Shown: one piece after another, positions 25,244 to 36,036 of the stretch
Numbering within the stretch: the first letter of the stretch is position 1
Layout: each line of letters starts with the position of its first letter
Assembly (NCBI GenBank): GCA_003056165.1
Contig: LSNR01000009.1
Coordinates: forward strand, 1-53,001
Source: Parcubacteria group bacterium M6-OD1-3
GTDB taxonomy: Bacteria; Patescibacteriota; Minisyncoccia; Moranbacterales; UBA9337
DNA length: 53,001 nucleotides
Reading direction: 5' to 3'
The notes under the pieces: model-generated
Databases searched by the model: none
Told to the model about the DNA's origin: nothing
The model's input: only the letters and a program-made list of their open reading frames with translations
Made by a program: the position numbers and the translations under genes

Positions 25244-27061
25244 TTATTGGATATGATAAATTAAGATTGATGTGCCAACTTGATAGGTTGGTTGATATTT
25301 CGTAACCCAACGCCAAGATTCATTATCCGGTTTGCGAGGTGTTCCATCTGGTTTAAGGCGAGTATCATAAACACTACCTTGTAAGAAATTAGTGGAAACA
25401 GCGTACCAGCCTTTTTCGATTGGTCGCTTGCTGTCCCACCATTGGATATATTTATCTCCCAAATAGTATTTCGGATTTCCGCCACCGAAATAATCTACTC
25501 GGACATCTTTTATTTCAGGATGTTTGTTTAAGAATATTTGCAATCTTTTCAAATCTTGTCCCCAATCAGTATTGGAATCGGTTACATAATGATAGCCATT
25601 TTTTGGTCCACCAGCAATTTCATTGAAATAAGAAAGATAATAAGGGTAATTTATTATTGGCTCAGCGATTAACCAAACCAATAATAATGTGAATAAATAT
25701 TTTGAAAAGCTAGATTTTCTTTTTGGAATAAACTTAAAGTAATCGTGAATTTTCTTTGCAACTAGAATGTAGGTAAACGGAAGAATTGGGAAGAGGTGAC
25801 GAAAGCCGATATTTAAATTTCCAGTGATGCTGAGGTAAGCATAGAGGATAATAAAGCCAAGTAGAGTATATTCAACAACATTCGATCTTAACCAGCGTAA
25901 GACATTATTAAAATTACGCTGACAAATTTTCTCTCCAGAGATTTTTATAGCGGAAAAAATTTGAAAAAGTGTAAATAATGAGGCAAAGAAAATTAAAATT
26001 AAGAAAGGCAAAGTTTCTTTAAAGGCAAAGACGGTTGGGAAATATGCAGGAAAAGCGTTGTCTGATACTTCACCCATAAAGTAGGCTCCATTTCCCCCAG
26101 CGACTCTTTTAAAGACCATCCCGACTCCAAGAATATATTCTGCCATTGGTCGTGAGATGTCGCTTTGATTTAATGCTAGCATTACTTTGCGAGTAATTTG
26201 ACTGTCAGGGTTAATATCATCAGCTTGAAAATAAAAGTCAACGGTTTTATGAAAATTTTCCGCAGGCATTTTATAAGTATTGGGAATATAATAAGCCCAG
26301 ACAATAACTAAAGAAAGAGTGAAAGCTATAACGCCTTTACTAAAATAATCAAACCAGACCTTCAATCTGTTTGTTCGTACTTTTTTAATAAGCGGATAAA
26401 AAATTAGAACCAATCCTAATATTGGGAAAGCTACAATTGAGGAAAATTTCGCTAACTGCAAAAGTCCCAAAAACAATCCGCCAATGAGGGCATTTTTCCA
26501 AGTTGGTTTTTTAATAAATTTTAAAAAATAATAAAAGGCAAAAGTGAAAAATGCTGCTATTCCTAAATCGGTTGTTACATAGTGATTGTGTCCAAGAATG
26601 TTTGGATCAAAAGAATAGAAAACAAATGCTAGAAGTCCGGCTAGTGTACCGGCTATTTCCTTGGTCCATTTAAAAATAAAAAGTCCAAACACGAGTGATA
26701 ATAAAATAATCGGAATCCTCGCCCAAAAAATTATTTTGTCCGGATTATTACCAGCTTCCCATAGTAAATGTCGACCAGCAGTCCATTGCCCGTTCACTTT
26801 TTCTGTCCAAAATTTTTGTGAAGTATCAAAATTTAAATTCATAAAAAGCAATGGAAAAGCGGCGAGATTTTTTATAAGAGGGGGATGCTCAGGATTTAAT
26901 CGCATATCATGCTGAGTAAGATAGGAATATCCAGCTGGGATATGTGCTACTTCATCAAAAGTAATAGCGTCGTTATTGGCATTGAGAATTGATACTCCTA
27001 GAAATATCACTGAAATAACGACGATGATTAATTGATACCTTTGTTTTAAAAATTTTTGCAT
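25244..27061 (-). CDS. GT-C (PMT/ArnT-like) membrane glycosyltransferase
   Basis: TFDEVAHI, NPEHPPL, VTTDL, GFRHL, DSNTDWGQD; multi-TM. Confidence 0.85.
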   Translation of the reverse strand: MQKFLKQRYQLIIVVISVIFLGVSILNANNDAITFDEVAHIPAGYSYLTQHDMRLNPEHPPLIKNLAAFPLLFMNLNFDTSQKFWTEKVNGQWTAGRHLLWEAGNNPDKIIFWARIPIILLSLVFGLFIFKWTKEIAGTLAGLLAFVFYSFDPNILGHNHYVTTDLGIAAFFTFAFYYFLKFIKKPTWKNALIGGLFLGLLQLAKFSSIVAFPILGLVLIFYPLIKKVRTNRLKVWFDYFSKGVIAFTLSLVIVWAYYIPNTYKMPAENFHKTVDFYFQADDINPDSQITRKVMLALNQSDISRPMAEYILGVGMVFKRVAGGNGAYFMGEVSDNAFPAYFPTVFAFKETLPFLILIFFASLFTLFQIFSAIKISGEKICQRNFNNVLRWLRSNVVEYTLLGFIILYAYLSITGNLNIGFRHLFPILPFTYILVAKKIHDYFKFIPKRKSSFSKYLFTLLLVWLIAEPIINYPYYLSYFNEIAGGPKNGYHYVTDSNTDWGQDLKRLQIFLNKHPEIKDVRVDYFGGGNPKYYLGDKYIQWWDSKRPIEKGWYAVSTNFLQGSVYDTRLKPDGTPRKPDNESWRWVTKYQPTYQVGTSILIYHIQ

Positions 27062-27086
27062 ATTTTTATTATTAAGTTTTATTAGT

Positions 27087-28703
27087 TTATTTTTGAACTG
27101 TCCAAATAATTTGTTGTCGATTATTTATTTTTTTAGAAAATGCTCTAAGTTTTAAATTAGGATATAGGTTGATAAGTTTGTCTACAACCCAGCGCTGATT
27201 ATCGGTCATAATAAAAATATAATTGCGGTCATACTTACTTGGCAATTTTCTTGTTATATAATCAAGTTGGTCTTGATGTACTCGATAGGTGTTAGGCATT
27301 TTATAATTAAATAACTTAATTGGGATTATTTGCATATTTCCAGCAATGACAATCTTCTTTTTATTATTTGGTAAAGTTTCTAAATAATTTGAAATGCTCA
27401 TCAAATTTGCCTCAAAAGACTCTGCTTGCTTGGGATTATTTGCCCAGAAATAATGATACTTAATTACATTACCAACGCTGATAATTACTAAAGAAATAAT
27501 AATCAAAGATATAACACTTAATTTAAAATTGCGTTTATTTTTTGTTGTGTCCATTTTTCCAAAAATCCAAAGAAAAGGGATTGTTGCAATTATGTAAGTA
27601 GCTGGCAGGGTGCCGATGGCTCGTAGGGCGTGAGGTAATCCTTCAGCACTTAAAAATTCGGGAGATAACATTCCAAAAAACCAAGCCAAAAGAAAACTAT
27701 AGACATAAAATTTTCGGTCACGAATATTATTTTTAAATCGTAAAAATAATAAATGAAACCACTTAGAAATCAGATAAATCAATCCGATTAAAAATGAAAT
27801 TCCTAAAATTGGATTAAGTATTGGATAGGGCGGATAATTATGTCGCCAATTCTGGTCTCCCCAGAAAGTATATTGAACCAAACTCAATCCCAAACTTTTC
27901 CCAGCAGTTTTTAAAAGATGGCCATGATTCATTGCTGGAGAAAAAATGGAAATTTCTCCAGAACGAGAATTTAGATATGCTGGGTGATGATAAAAAGTTA
28001 AAAGCATTGGCGACATAGAAGCTATAGAGAATATTATAAAAATCAATGCAGGGAACCAATAGTCACGCAGAAAATTCTTCTTCGTTATCCAAAGAGCAAC
28101 AAATAAAATTAGTAAAATTGCCGGAGCGATGCGGAAAGCGATGTATGTGTGCAATCCAATTCCAAAAACAAATCCGGCGAGGGCAAAATATAGGTATTGC
28201 TTTAAGCGTTCTAATTTGAAAGCTTTATTGTTTCTAATACCGTGGAATAAAAAATAAAAAGAAAAAGTTAAAATAGCGGGAAGCATAATGGCACGAAAAG
28301 CAATGCGAGAAAAATTTATTGACCAAAAAGAAAAAGCGACAAAAAATGCGGTGAGTAAACCGGCGCGACGACTGCGAAAGAGTTCTTTGCTAAGCAAATA
28401 ACTTCCCCAAACAGTTAAAAATCCAAAAATAATGGAAGGGAATTTCAATCCCAAAATCGTTATGCCAAAAAAGTGGTAAGAGAGAGCGATTAAATTCATA
28501 AACAATCCTTCGCGACCATTGTTATCAGTATAAAACCACCTGTAATCACCAGAATAAAAAGTTTTTAAAGCATCTATCCCATTAACCGCTTCATCTGGAT
28601 AAATTCCACTTGGGGCACCCTCAATATTATAAATACGAACAGCTAGAGCAAGAACTAAAATTAAAATTAATGTTAATGTTGGGATTATTTTTTTTATTTT
28701 CAT
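27087..28703 (-). CDS. GT-C (GT39-like) membrane glycosyltransferase
   Basis: YPDEAVNG, NNGREGLF, FSRIAFRA, PHALRAIG; multi-TM. Confidence 0.85.
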   Translation of the reverse strand: MKIKKIIPTLTLILILVLALAVRIYNIEGAPSGIYPDEAVNGIDALKTFYSGDYRWFYTDNNGREGLFMNLIALSYHFFGITILGLKFPSIIFGFLTVWGSYLLSKELFRSRRAGLLTAFFVAFSFWSINFSRIAFRAIMLPAILTFSFYFLFHGIRNNKAFKLERLKQYLYFALAGFVFGIGLHTYIAFRIAPAILLILFVALWITKKNFLRDYWFPALIFIIFSIASMSPMLLTFYHHPAYLNSRSGEISIFSPAMNHGHLLKTAGKSLGLSLVQYTFWGDQNWRHNYPPYPILNPILGISFLIGLIYLISKWFHLLFLRFKNNIRDRKFYVYSFLLAWFFGMLSPEFLSAEGLPHALRAIGTLPATYIIATIPFLWIFGKMDTTKNKRNFKLSVISLIIISLVIISVGNVIKYHYFWANNPKQAESFEANLMSISNYLETLPNNKKKIVIAGNMQIIPIKLFNYKMPNTYRVHQDQLDYITRKLPSKYDRNYIFIMTDNQRWVVDKLINLYPNLKLRAFSKKINNRQQIIWTVQK

Positions 28704-28714
28704 AGATTGTTTGG

Positions 28715-28742
28715 TTCGCTCCGCCAACCGGCGAATGGCGAA
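28715..28742. repeat. Degenerate TCCGCCAACYGGCGRA mini-palindrome nested in TTCGC...GCGAA
   Basis: TCCGCCAACCGGCGAA at 28720-28735; related to 35410-35425. Confidence 0.55.
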
Positions 28743-28857
28743 TTAATTTTTTTATATTTATTTTCTATACTAATAGTATAACACTTTTTGTTAATTCGAT
28801 AAAGTTATGGTATAATTTAAAAAGTTGGAAGTAATCTTTTTTAAACAATTTTTTGCT

Positions 28858-31800
28858 ATGAGTGAAAAAGGGGTAAAAAATAATGAAGATCAGTCGATTG
28901 TTAAAGATGTAGAATTATCGGAAAGTGTAGATGAAAAAATAAAAGAACGAGTAAATAATTTTGTAGAAAAAGTATTTTTAAAAAATAAAAAGTTTTTGAC
29001 TACAGCAAAAAAAGGTTATAGAAAACATGCAGAAGAAAAAGTTCAAGAAAGTTTAGATGTTCTTCACAAAAAAATTCTGGAAGAAGTAATTTCTGGCGAA
29101 TATGATTTAGATAATTTGAATCAAGATAAGTTAAAAGAGCTTGCTGTAAATGTTGCGGAAAATGTTAGCAGAAGTGGTGAAATTACTATTTCAAAAGGAT
29201 TTAAAAAGGCTGTCCGGATGACCTGTAATTATGGCAATGGAAAAACACCAAAAGAAATAATTGTTGATTTGGAAGAATCTGAAATATCAGGAAAGTCTAC
29301 TGGAAATGTAGAACAAAAAGGTGTAAAAACCGAGGAGATTGAATTGGCTAAAAAAAGGAAAGCTTCGGCTGAAAAAAGAAAGAATTTTTTTGAAAAAAAA
29401 TTTGGAATAGATGAGAATTATACTTTAATATCAACGGACGAAAATGGACATGAAGCACCAACGGACAGTTTTACCTTGGTCGAATATATTGTTGGAGATA
29501 CCAAAGGAAAAGATAGAGTGAAAATTGACTGGCATAATGATGGTAAGAAAGAGGAAGTTCCCTATAAGGAATTCATTGCCTTGCTCAAAAAAGGGTTTAC
29601 GAAAGAGGAAATGTCAATATTATCAAAGGAAAAAGGGAATAATGACAAAAAGAATAAAAAAGATTCTGAAAAAAGAGAAATAAGTCTTAACGCTCTAGAA
29701 GATCTATTGGATAACTTTGAAAATAAAATTTCCGCGGAAAATTTTCAAGATTTAGGTGAAGAAATTAGAGCTAGTGCGCATCAAGCTTTTGATGATTTTT
29801 CTAGAAAATTAGAGGAAATAAAAAAATCTAAAAAGTCTGTTTCGGAAATTGATGAAGTTTTTACAGATTCAATAAAGGAAATAAGAAAATTGGATGAATT
29901 GGAAAAAAATTATTTTAATAAAAATAATAAAAATAAAACTAAAAAAAAGGTTGATTTGGAAGAGAAAGAAGAGGATGCAAAAGTAAGAGCGGATAAACAT
30001 CGGGATGAATATTTTAAAGAAATGGGTTGGGGTAAGAAGTCGTCGAATGAAAAAGTGGATGAAGAACTGGCGGGAGATTTGGAACTGGCGGATAAATTTG
30101 CGAAAGAATCCGATGATGAAAAACATTTTGTTGATCAAAAATTAGAAAGAAAATTAGAAGAAATTCTCAAAGATAATCCAGAGATTGAAAAGGAAGTCGT
30201 TAGAAAAACGCTTGATGCCGGAACAAGAGAAACTGCTTACGATAAAGCGGATTTAAAAGACAAAATTTTGATGTTGTTAGGAGAGCACTCAAACCAAGCT
30301 AGACAAAAATATCTTGAAAAAGATTATGATATGGATAGAAGATTGGGTGGAATGAAAAGATTTTTTGGTAAAACTTTTAAGATTGGAAATTTCGAAGAAG
30401 AAATAAATTCTTATAAAGAAAATTACGAAATTGCTAGAGAAAAATACAAGAATGCGATTTTGGAATTGGAAGGACTTGGCGATAGGGAAGAAGCGGAAAT
30501 TTTAGTGCGTGATTTTCAAATTTCCGAACAATTAAGGTGGCGAAATGATAGTTTAGATATTGCGATAGAAAATAATCCTATTTATGAAAATTCTAAGAAA
30601 TTTTTACTTGGAGCAGTGAATAAATATCGTGAAATGCGAAAATGGCCAGGCGATAAAATTTCCGAATTGTTTGGTCTTAAGGGTTTAAGTAAGGGAGTCG
30701 GAATTGTTTCTGGAATGTTAATTACAGGAAAAGCTTTAAAAGAAATTGGAATGGTTGGAAATCCGGCCTACAGAGTTTTTTCAGTGGCGGTTGCATCAGT
30801 TGGGTATAAACAACTTTTAGAAACTGTGACAGAGAAAAAAAGAATAAAAGGAAATGAAAAGAAGGTCAAAGAAGTCCTAAATACATTCGGAGCAGAGTTT
30901 GAAGCTGGAAAAAATATTGATGGGCTTAGTGCGTGGTTATCTGATAAAAATAAAAGTCTAGATAAAGATATCCAGGGCGAAAAATATTGGAAAAAGTGGC
31001 GAACGGTAATGTCTGGTGGCTTGGCAATGGGAACATTTTTTGGTGGCAGTTTATTAAGTGAAAAAATAATGGAACATTTTGGCGGAGGCATTCATCATAA
31101 TCAAATTGAAGTAGATGTGAATGATGAACATAGTTTAAAAGATACTGCTGTTAATAGTGGAAAGATAAAGGAAGAAGTGGAGAAATTTTTAGGTGATAAC
31201 AATATTAAGACAGAAAAAATTCTCAATCCTACGGTTTCACCAACTGAGCCAAATATTCCTGTTGAAAGTTTGGCTAATGATAAAATTATTGAAGAACCTT
31301 TTCCAATAAATTCTGGTAATGAAAATAATATTGAAGTAGACACTCAACAAATAGATAATAATAGAGTAATAAGTACTGGAAATGCTGAATTTCGTGGAGC
31401 TGTAGAAGTAAATAAGGCAGAAATTTCTGTAAATCAAGATGATTTACGTCGTCAAGATTTACCTAGTTCTGAAAATAGCGAAGTCAGTCAAAATAATGTT
31501 CCTGAAAAAACAATTGATATTACAAATCCCAACGTAGAGCAACATAGAAATATTACCGGTTCGGAAATGCAAATCGCCTATGGTTTGGGATTTACACCGA
31601 CGGAGTATTCTCGATTAAATGACATAACTCTGGTGCATATTAGCGATGCTAAAATTAGCGAATTATTGGAAAAAGTCGGTGGGTCAAATAGTATTAATTT
31701 AAATGAAACGACTGTTGGAGAATTTTTCAGACAACTTAATATTAATGATTTGCCAAAAAATATCCAACTTTCGGATATGACGGGAGAAAAATATATTGAA

Positions 31801-32082
31801 TATTTGGCGAATGTTATTAATAACGAAGCAATGGAATTAAAAAAGGAAATTGCCGTTGGAAATATTGGCAAATGGAATCAAATGAAAAATCATTTGGCAA
31901 TTGGAGAACTTGATGAAAATTTTGGTAAGTTTTACACTGAGATATCCAAAAAGCTGTCTTTATATGCTCGACCAACAGAAAGTGTGGAAAAATGGTTAAT
32001 GCGGGTGACTAGATTTTCATATGATCGAGGAATATTGGTTGAAGTGAAACAAAATTTGGAAAATATTGTTTCTAAAAAATAA
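28858..32082 (+). CDS. Large charged/coiled-coil hypothetical protein with central Gly-rich hydrophobic segments
   Basis: Open frame over 1070 aa; GVGIVSGMLITG and VMSGGLAMGTFFGG segments. Confidence 0.7.
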   Translation: MSEKGVKNNEDQSIVKDVELSESVDEKIKERVNNFVEKVFLKNKKFLTTAKKGYRKHAEEKVQESLDVLHKKILEEVISGEYDLDNLNQDKLKELAVNVAENVSRSGEITISKGFKKAVRMTCNYGNGKTPKEIIVDLEESEISGKSTGNVEQKGVKTEEIELAKKRKASAEKRKNFFEKKFGIDENYTLISTDENGHEAPTDSFTLVEYIVGDTKGKDRVKIDWHNDGKKEEVPYKEFIALLKKGFTKEEMSILSKEKGNNDKKNKKDSEKREISLNALEDLLDNFENKISAENFQDLGEEIRASAHQAFDDFSRKLEEIKKSKKSVSEIDEVFTDSIKEIRKLDELEKNYFNKNNKNKTKKKVDLEEKEEDAKVRADKHRDEYFKEMGWGKKSSNEKVDEELAGDLELADKFAKESDDEKHFVDQKLERKLEEILKDNPEIEKEVVRKTLDAGTRETAYDKADLKDKILMLLGEHSNQARQKYLEKDYDMDRRLGGMKRFFGKTFKIGNFEEEINSYKENYEIAREKYKNAILELEGLGDREEAEILVRDFQISEQLRWRNDSLDIAIENNPIYENSKKFLLGAVNKYREMRKWPGDKISELFGLKGLSKGVGIVSGMLITGKALKEIGMVGNPAYRVFSVAVASVGYKQLLETVTEKKRIKGNEKKVKEVLNTFGAEFEAGKNIDGLSAWLSDKNKSLDKDIQGEKYWKKWRTVMSGGLAMGTFFGGSLLSEKIMEHFGGGIHHNQIEVDVNDEHSLKDTAVNSGKIKEEVEKFLGDNNIKTEKILNPTVSPTEPNIPVESLANDKIIEEPFPINSGNENNIEVDTQQIDNNRVISTGNAEFRGAVEVNKAEISVNQDDLRRQDLPSSENSEVSQNNVPEKTIDITNPNVEQHRNITGSEMQIAYGLGFTPTEYSRLNDITLVHISDAKISELLEKVGGSNSINLNETTVGEFFRQLNINDLPKNIQLSDMTGEKYIEYLANVINNEAMELKKEIAVGNIGKWNQMKNHLAIGELDENFGKFYTEISKKLSLYARPTESVEKWLMRVTRFSYDRGILVEVKQNLENIVSKK

Positions 32083-32112
32083 AAATTAAATTAACTTATC
32101 AAAATAAATATT

Positions 32113-32415
32113 ATGAATAAAAAACAAGATAAAAATACGATGAAAATAATTGAAGAGTTGGGATTGGAAAAACTATCAAAAAAAAGACAGGATGAAATTT
32201 TGGCAAAAATAGGTGAATTAATTTTAAAGAAAATTTTTGTTGAAGTTGTTGAGAAATTGGATGAAAATGACAAAAGGGAGTTTGAAAAAATATTGGCTGA
32301 AGAGAAAAGCGCTGATGAAATTATGGAATTTTTGAGTACAAAAATTGAAAACTATGATAAAATGGTAGAAGAAATAGTTATTAAATTGAAAGAAGATTTG
32401 AAAGGAAGTTTGTAA
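32113..32415 (+). CDS. DUF5663-like small helical protein
   Basis: IIEELGLEKLSKKRQDEIL...KIENYDKMVEE pattern. Confidence 0.65.
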   Translation: MNKKQDKNTMKIIEELGLEKLSKKRQDEILAKIGELILKKIFVEVVEKLDENDKREFEKILAEEKSADEIMEFLSTKIENYDKMVEEIVIKLKEDLKGSL

Positions 32416-32435
32416 TTTTTTTTAAGTATAAAATT

Positions 32436-32903
32436 ATGTCTGATGAAAAAAATATCGGTTCTCAAAAGGTAGCTGAAGAAGGATTAGAACCAATTGATAA
32501 AAAAGATTTGAATTTAGCGGGGAAATTTGGTCATATCGAAAAAAGTGATATTCAAAAAGCTGAAAAGGATAGTCAAGAAGAAGTGAAAACTGTTGAAAAT
32601 AGAGAAATTGCCAGTGAGATGATAAGCGCTGAAAAGGACTCTGTTTATCAGAAAATATTGTCGAAAGTTAAACAAAAAAATGGTGCTAAAAAAATTGATG
32701 AAAATGAAATATTTTCTGATGCGGAAAAGGCGTCATTGCAAAAAACTGCAGAAACCAGAATTCAAATTTTAGTTGATTTGGCAAAAGAAAAAGGTGTGGT
32801 TCATTCAATAAAAGTTGCACGACACTTAGATAGTAATTATGTTTTAGATTGTTTGCATGACAAATTATTAGAAGAACGATTAACAGAAGAGGGTTTGATT
32901 TAA
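32436..32903 (+). CDS. Conserved hypothetical protein typically upstream of CPR coupling ATPase
   Basis: LVDLAKEKGVVHSIKVA..SNYVLDCLHD. Confidence 0.65.
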   Translation: MSDEKNIGSQKVAEEGLEPIDKKDLNLAGKFGHIEKSDIQKAEKDSQEEVKTVENREIASEMISAEKDSVYQKILSKVKQKNGAKKIDENEIFSDAEKASLQKTAETRIQILVDLAKEKGVVHSIKVARHLDSNYVLDCLHDKLLEERLTEEGLI

Positions 32904-32920
32904 TTTGAAAAGTTTAAAAA

Positions 32921-35404
32921 ATGGAAATTATTTTAGGAATATTGATAATATTTTTCGGGACTGTCTCTCTATTGAGTGGAGCTTTTTTGGTAGTGCGTAG
33001 TTTTTTAAAATTTCGGGCGCAGATAAATTATTCTATGAATATGGACCTAGAGGTTATTCGCGTAACGAAAATAAACAAAGATGATGCAATGAAAGGTTCT
33101 GGGGAGAAGGAAGGATGGAAAGAAGAGATTGGAGCGATGGAACAACTGTTAACAACATTAGCTAAATTAAAACGAAATTCATCGTGGCTAATGAAATTAC
33201 TCTACGAAGCACCATATATTTCTTTTGAGATTGCCAATCCATCTAATAGTGAAGAAATTTTCTTTTTTATAGCGGTTGCCAAGAAATTTAGAGAAAGTGT
33301 CGAAAAACAAGTTCATAGTTTTTTCCCAAATGCTTCTATCGAAAAAGTTTCTGATTATACTATTTTTTCTCCAAAAAGCTTTACGGCATCAGCTGTTTTA
33401 GAATTAAAGAATGAATATGCCTTACCCCTAAAAACGTATGAGAATATGAAAGTTGATCCGTTAAATGAAATTTCTAACTCATTAAGTAAATTTAAAACGG
33501 AGGAAGAAGGAGCATCAATTCAATTGGTTATTGTGCCAGCTAAAGATGGTTGGAGAAAAATGGGTCAAACAATTGCTCATAAAATGCAACAAGGGAAACA
33601 GTTGAAAGATGTTCATTCAAATTCTTTAATGAAAAAAATTGGTGGTGAAGTTGGTAGCGGTGTTGGTGATGTGGTCAGTATATTGGCTGGAACAGAAAAA
33701 AAGAAAACAGAAAATTATAGTTTTGATAATAGTAGTACGATACAATTAACTCCGGAAGAACAAGAATTGGTAAAATCCATTGAAAATAAAACTAATAAAA
33801 CAGGTTTTTATACCAATATTAGATTGTTAGCCTCGGCGGATACACAGGAACGAGCGGATGAAATTCTGTCACAAATGGAGAATGCTTTTTCTCAATTTGA
33901 AAATCCAGGAGTAAATTATTTTCAAATTAAAAAAAGAATTAAAAGTAAAGATATTTCCTTTAATTATATTTTTAGAAGTTTTGAAAAAAATAATTCCATA
34001 ATTTTAAATACGGAGGAACTAGCTAGTATTTTTCATTTTCCAATTTCAACGACGGAAACACCCAAAATAAAATGGTTAAAATCAGGTTCGGCTCCACCAC
34101 CAATAAATATTCCGGAAAAAGGAATTTTATTGGGTTACAATGATTATCGTGGAACGAATACTAAAATAAGAATTTCTGATGCAGATAGGCGAAGACATCT
34201 TTATGCAATTGGACAGACTGGAACCGGTAAATCCACTTTTTTGCAGGAAATGGCAAAACAAGATATTCGTGCCGGTAAAGGTGTTTGTTTTGTTGATCCT
34301 CATGGTGATGCTATTGAAGATATTTTGACAGCTGTTCCAAAAGAGAGAGCGGAAGATGTAATTATTTTTGACCCCTCGGATACGAAGAGACCTTTGGGGC
34401 TTAATATGTTAGAATGTGATAAGCCAGAAGAAAAAAGTTTTGTAATTAATGAGATGATTAGTATTTTCGATAAGTTATATGATCTTAAGCAAACTGGTGG
34501 GCCAATGTTTGAGCAATATGCTAGAAATGCAATGCTTTTGATTATGGAGCATCCCGAATCAGGTTCAACACTAATGGAAATTCCAAAGGTTTTGGCGGAT
34601 GAAGAATTTAGAAAAATGAAATTGGAGCATTGTAACAATCCAGTTGTGCGAGATTTTTGGATTAAAGAAGCTGAAAAGGCTGGTGGAGAAGCAGCTTTAG
34701 CAAATATGGTGCCGTATATTACTTCTAAGCTGACAACTTTTATTTCCAACGATATGATGCGTCCAATAATTGCTCAGCAAAAAAGTGCTTTGAATTTTCG
34801 AAAGATTATGGATGAGAAAAAAATATTACTCATTAATTTGTCTAAGGGAAAGATTGGTGAAATCAATAGTCATCTTTTGGGAATGGTGATAATAGGGAAA
34901 ATCCTAATGGCAGCTTTGGCACGGGTTGATACCCCAGAAAAAGAGCGTGAAGATTATTATTTATATATTGATGAGTTTCAGAATGTGACAACGGATTCAA
35001 TTTCACAAATCCTTTCCGAAGCGAGAAAATATAAATTAAATTTAATTATTGCACATCAATTTATTGGTCAATTAAGTGAAGAAATTTCTAAGGCGGTATT
35101 TGGAAATGTTGGGTCAATGTGTTCTTTCAGGGTAGGTCCGGAAGATGCGGAATTTTTAGAAAAACAATTTGAGCCAATTTTTACTGCTAATGATTTGGTT
35201 AATGTGGATAATTACAATGGATTTGCTCGATTATTGATGAATAACGAAACAGTGAAGCCATTTAACTTAAAAACTTATCCACCGAGCGATGGTGATCCGG
35301 AGATAGTTAAATATCTAAAAGAAATTTCTCGTTTGAAATATGGTCGTGATGCAGACTTAGTTAACAAGGAAATTATGGAACGAGCAAAATTTAAAAGTTT
35401 ATAA
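32921..35404 (+). CDS. VirD4/TraG/HerA-like secretion ATPase (CPR type)
   Basis: N-terminal TM; DRRRHLYAIGQTGTGKS, DPHGD, YIDEFQN, LSEARKY, AHQF. Confidence 0.88.
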   Translation: MEIILGILIIFFGTVSLLSGAFLVVRSFLKFRAQINYSMNMDLEVIRVTKINKDDAMKGSGEKEGWKEEIGAMEQLLTTLAKLKRNSSWLMKLLYEAPYISFEIANPSNSEEIFFFIAVAKKFRESVEKQVHSFFPNASIEKVSDYTIFSPKSFTASAVLELKNEYALPLKTYENMKVDPLNEISNSLSKFKTEEEGASIQLVIVPAKDGWRKMGQTIAHKMQQGKQLKDVHSNSLMKKIGGEVGSGVGDVVSILAGTEKKKTENYSFDNSSTIQLTPEEQELVKSIENKTNKTGFYTNIRLLASADTQERADEILSQMENAFSQFENPGVNYFQIKKRIKSKDISFNYIFRSFEKNNSIILNTEELASIFHFPISTTETPKIKWLKSGSAPPPINIPEKGILLGYNDYRGTNTKIRISDADRRRHLYAIGQTGTGKSTFLQEMAKQDIRAGKGVCFVDPHGDAIEDILTAVPKERAEDVIIFDPSDTKRPLGLNMLECDKPEEKSFVINEMISIFDKLYDLKQTGGPMFEQYARNAMLLIMEHPESGSTLMEIPKVLADEEFRKMKLEHCNNPVVRDFWIKEAEKAGGEAALANMVPYITSKLTTFISNDMMRPIIAQQKSALNFRKIMDEKKILLINLSKGKIGEINSHLLGMVIIGKILMAALARVDTPEKEREDYYLYIDEFQNVTTDSISQILSEARKYKLNLIIAHQFIGQLSEEISKAVFGNVGSMCSFRVGPEDAEFLEKQFEPIFTANDLVNVDNYNGFARLLMNNETVKPFNLKTYPPSDGDPEIVKYLKEISRLKYGRDADLVNKEIMERAKFKSL

Positions 35405-35409
35405 TCCAA

Positions 35410-35425
35410 TCTGCCAGTTGGCGGA
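35410..35425. repeat. Mini-palindrome TCTGCCAGTTGGCGGA
   Basis: GC-rich hairpin in 35-bp intergenic gap; related to 28720-28735. Confidence 0.6.
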
Positions 35426-35439
35426 CTAAAAATAATTAT

Positions 35440-36015
35440 ATGAATAAAATAATTTTTGGAATAATAATTTACAGTGTAATAATCGTTGGAGTAAGTCACT
35501 TAGCTTTGGCTCAATATACTCCAATGGAAGCAATCCCGGGAAGTGGTGGTGTGGAAAATATTTCTACTTTCCCATCTTATATTCAAGCAATCTATAAATT
35601 TGCAATTTGGTCAGTGGGAATTGCTGCTTTATTAATGATTTCTATCGGAGGATTTATGTATTTTATGTCGGCGGGAAATACTTCCAAAATGGATAGTGCT
35701 AAGAATGTTATCGGGGATGCGCTATTTGGTTTAATTGCTATTATGGTAGCTTCACTTATTTTGTATAAAATAAATCCGGATTTGATAAATATCAATTTGA
35801 ACAGTTTTCAAGGTGCGGGTCAAAATAATCCACAAAGAACTATGGGAGTTCAAAACAATATAAATCCCGGTGGCGGGTCATTTGGTGGCAATGGAGCTTC
35901 TGGAAATTGGGATAATCAGAATACAGCAAATAACAATGATAATCAACAGACTGGCAGTGATGGATTAATTAGAGATGCGGATGGAAATATTTTAGAACCT
36001 CAACCAATTCAATAG
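35440..36015 (+). CDS. VirB2/TrbC-like pilin (CPR type)
   Basis: Signal peptide; GGFMYFMSAGN...AKNVIGDALFGL...ILYKINPDL. Confidence 0.8.
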   Translation: MNKIIFGIIIYSVIIVGVSHLALAQYTPMEAIPGSGGVENISTFPSYIQAIYKFAIWSVGIAALLMISIGGFMYFMSAGNTSKMDSAKNVIGDALFGLIAIMVASLILYKINPDLININLNSFQGAGQNNPQRTMGVQNNINPGGGSFGGNGASGNWDNQNTANNNDNQQTGSDGLIRDADGNILEPQPIQ

Positions 36016-36036
36016 AGATTTAACAATAAATAAATT

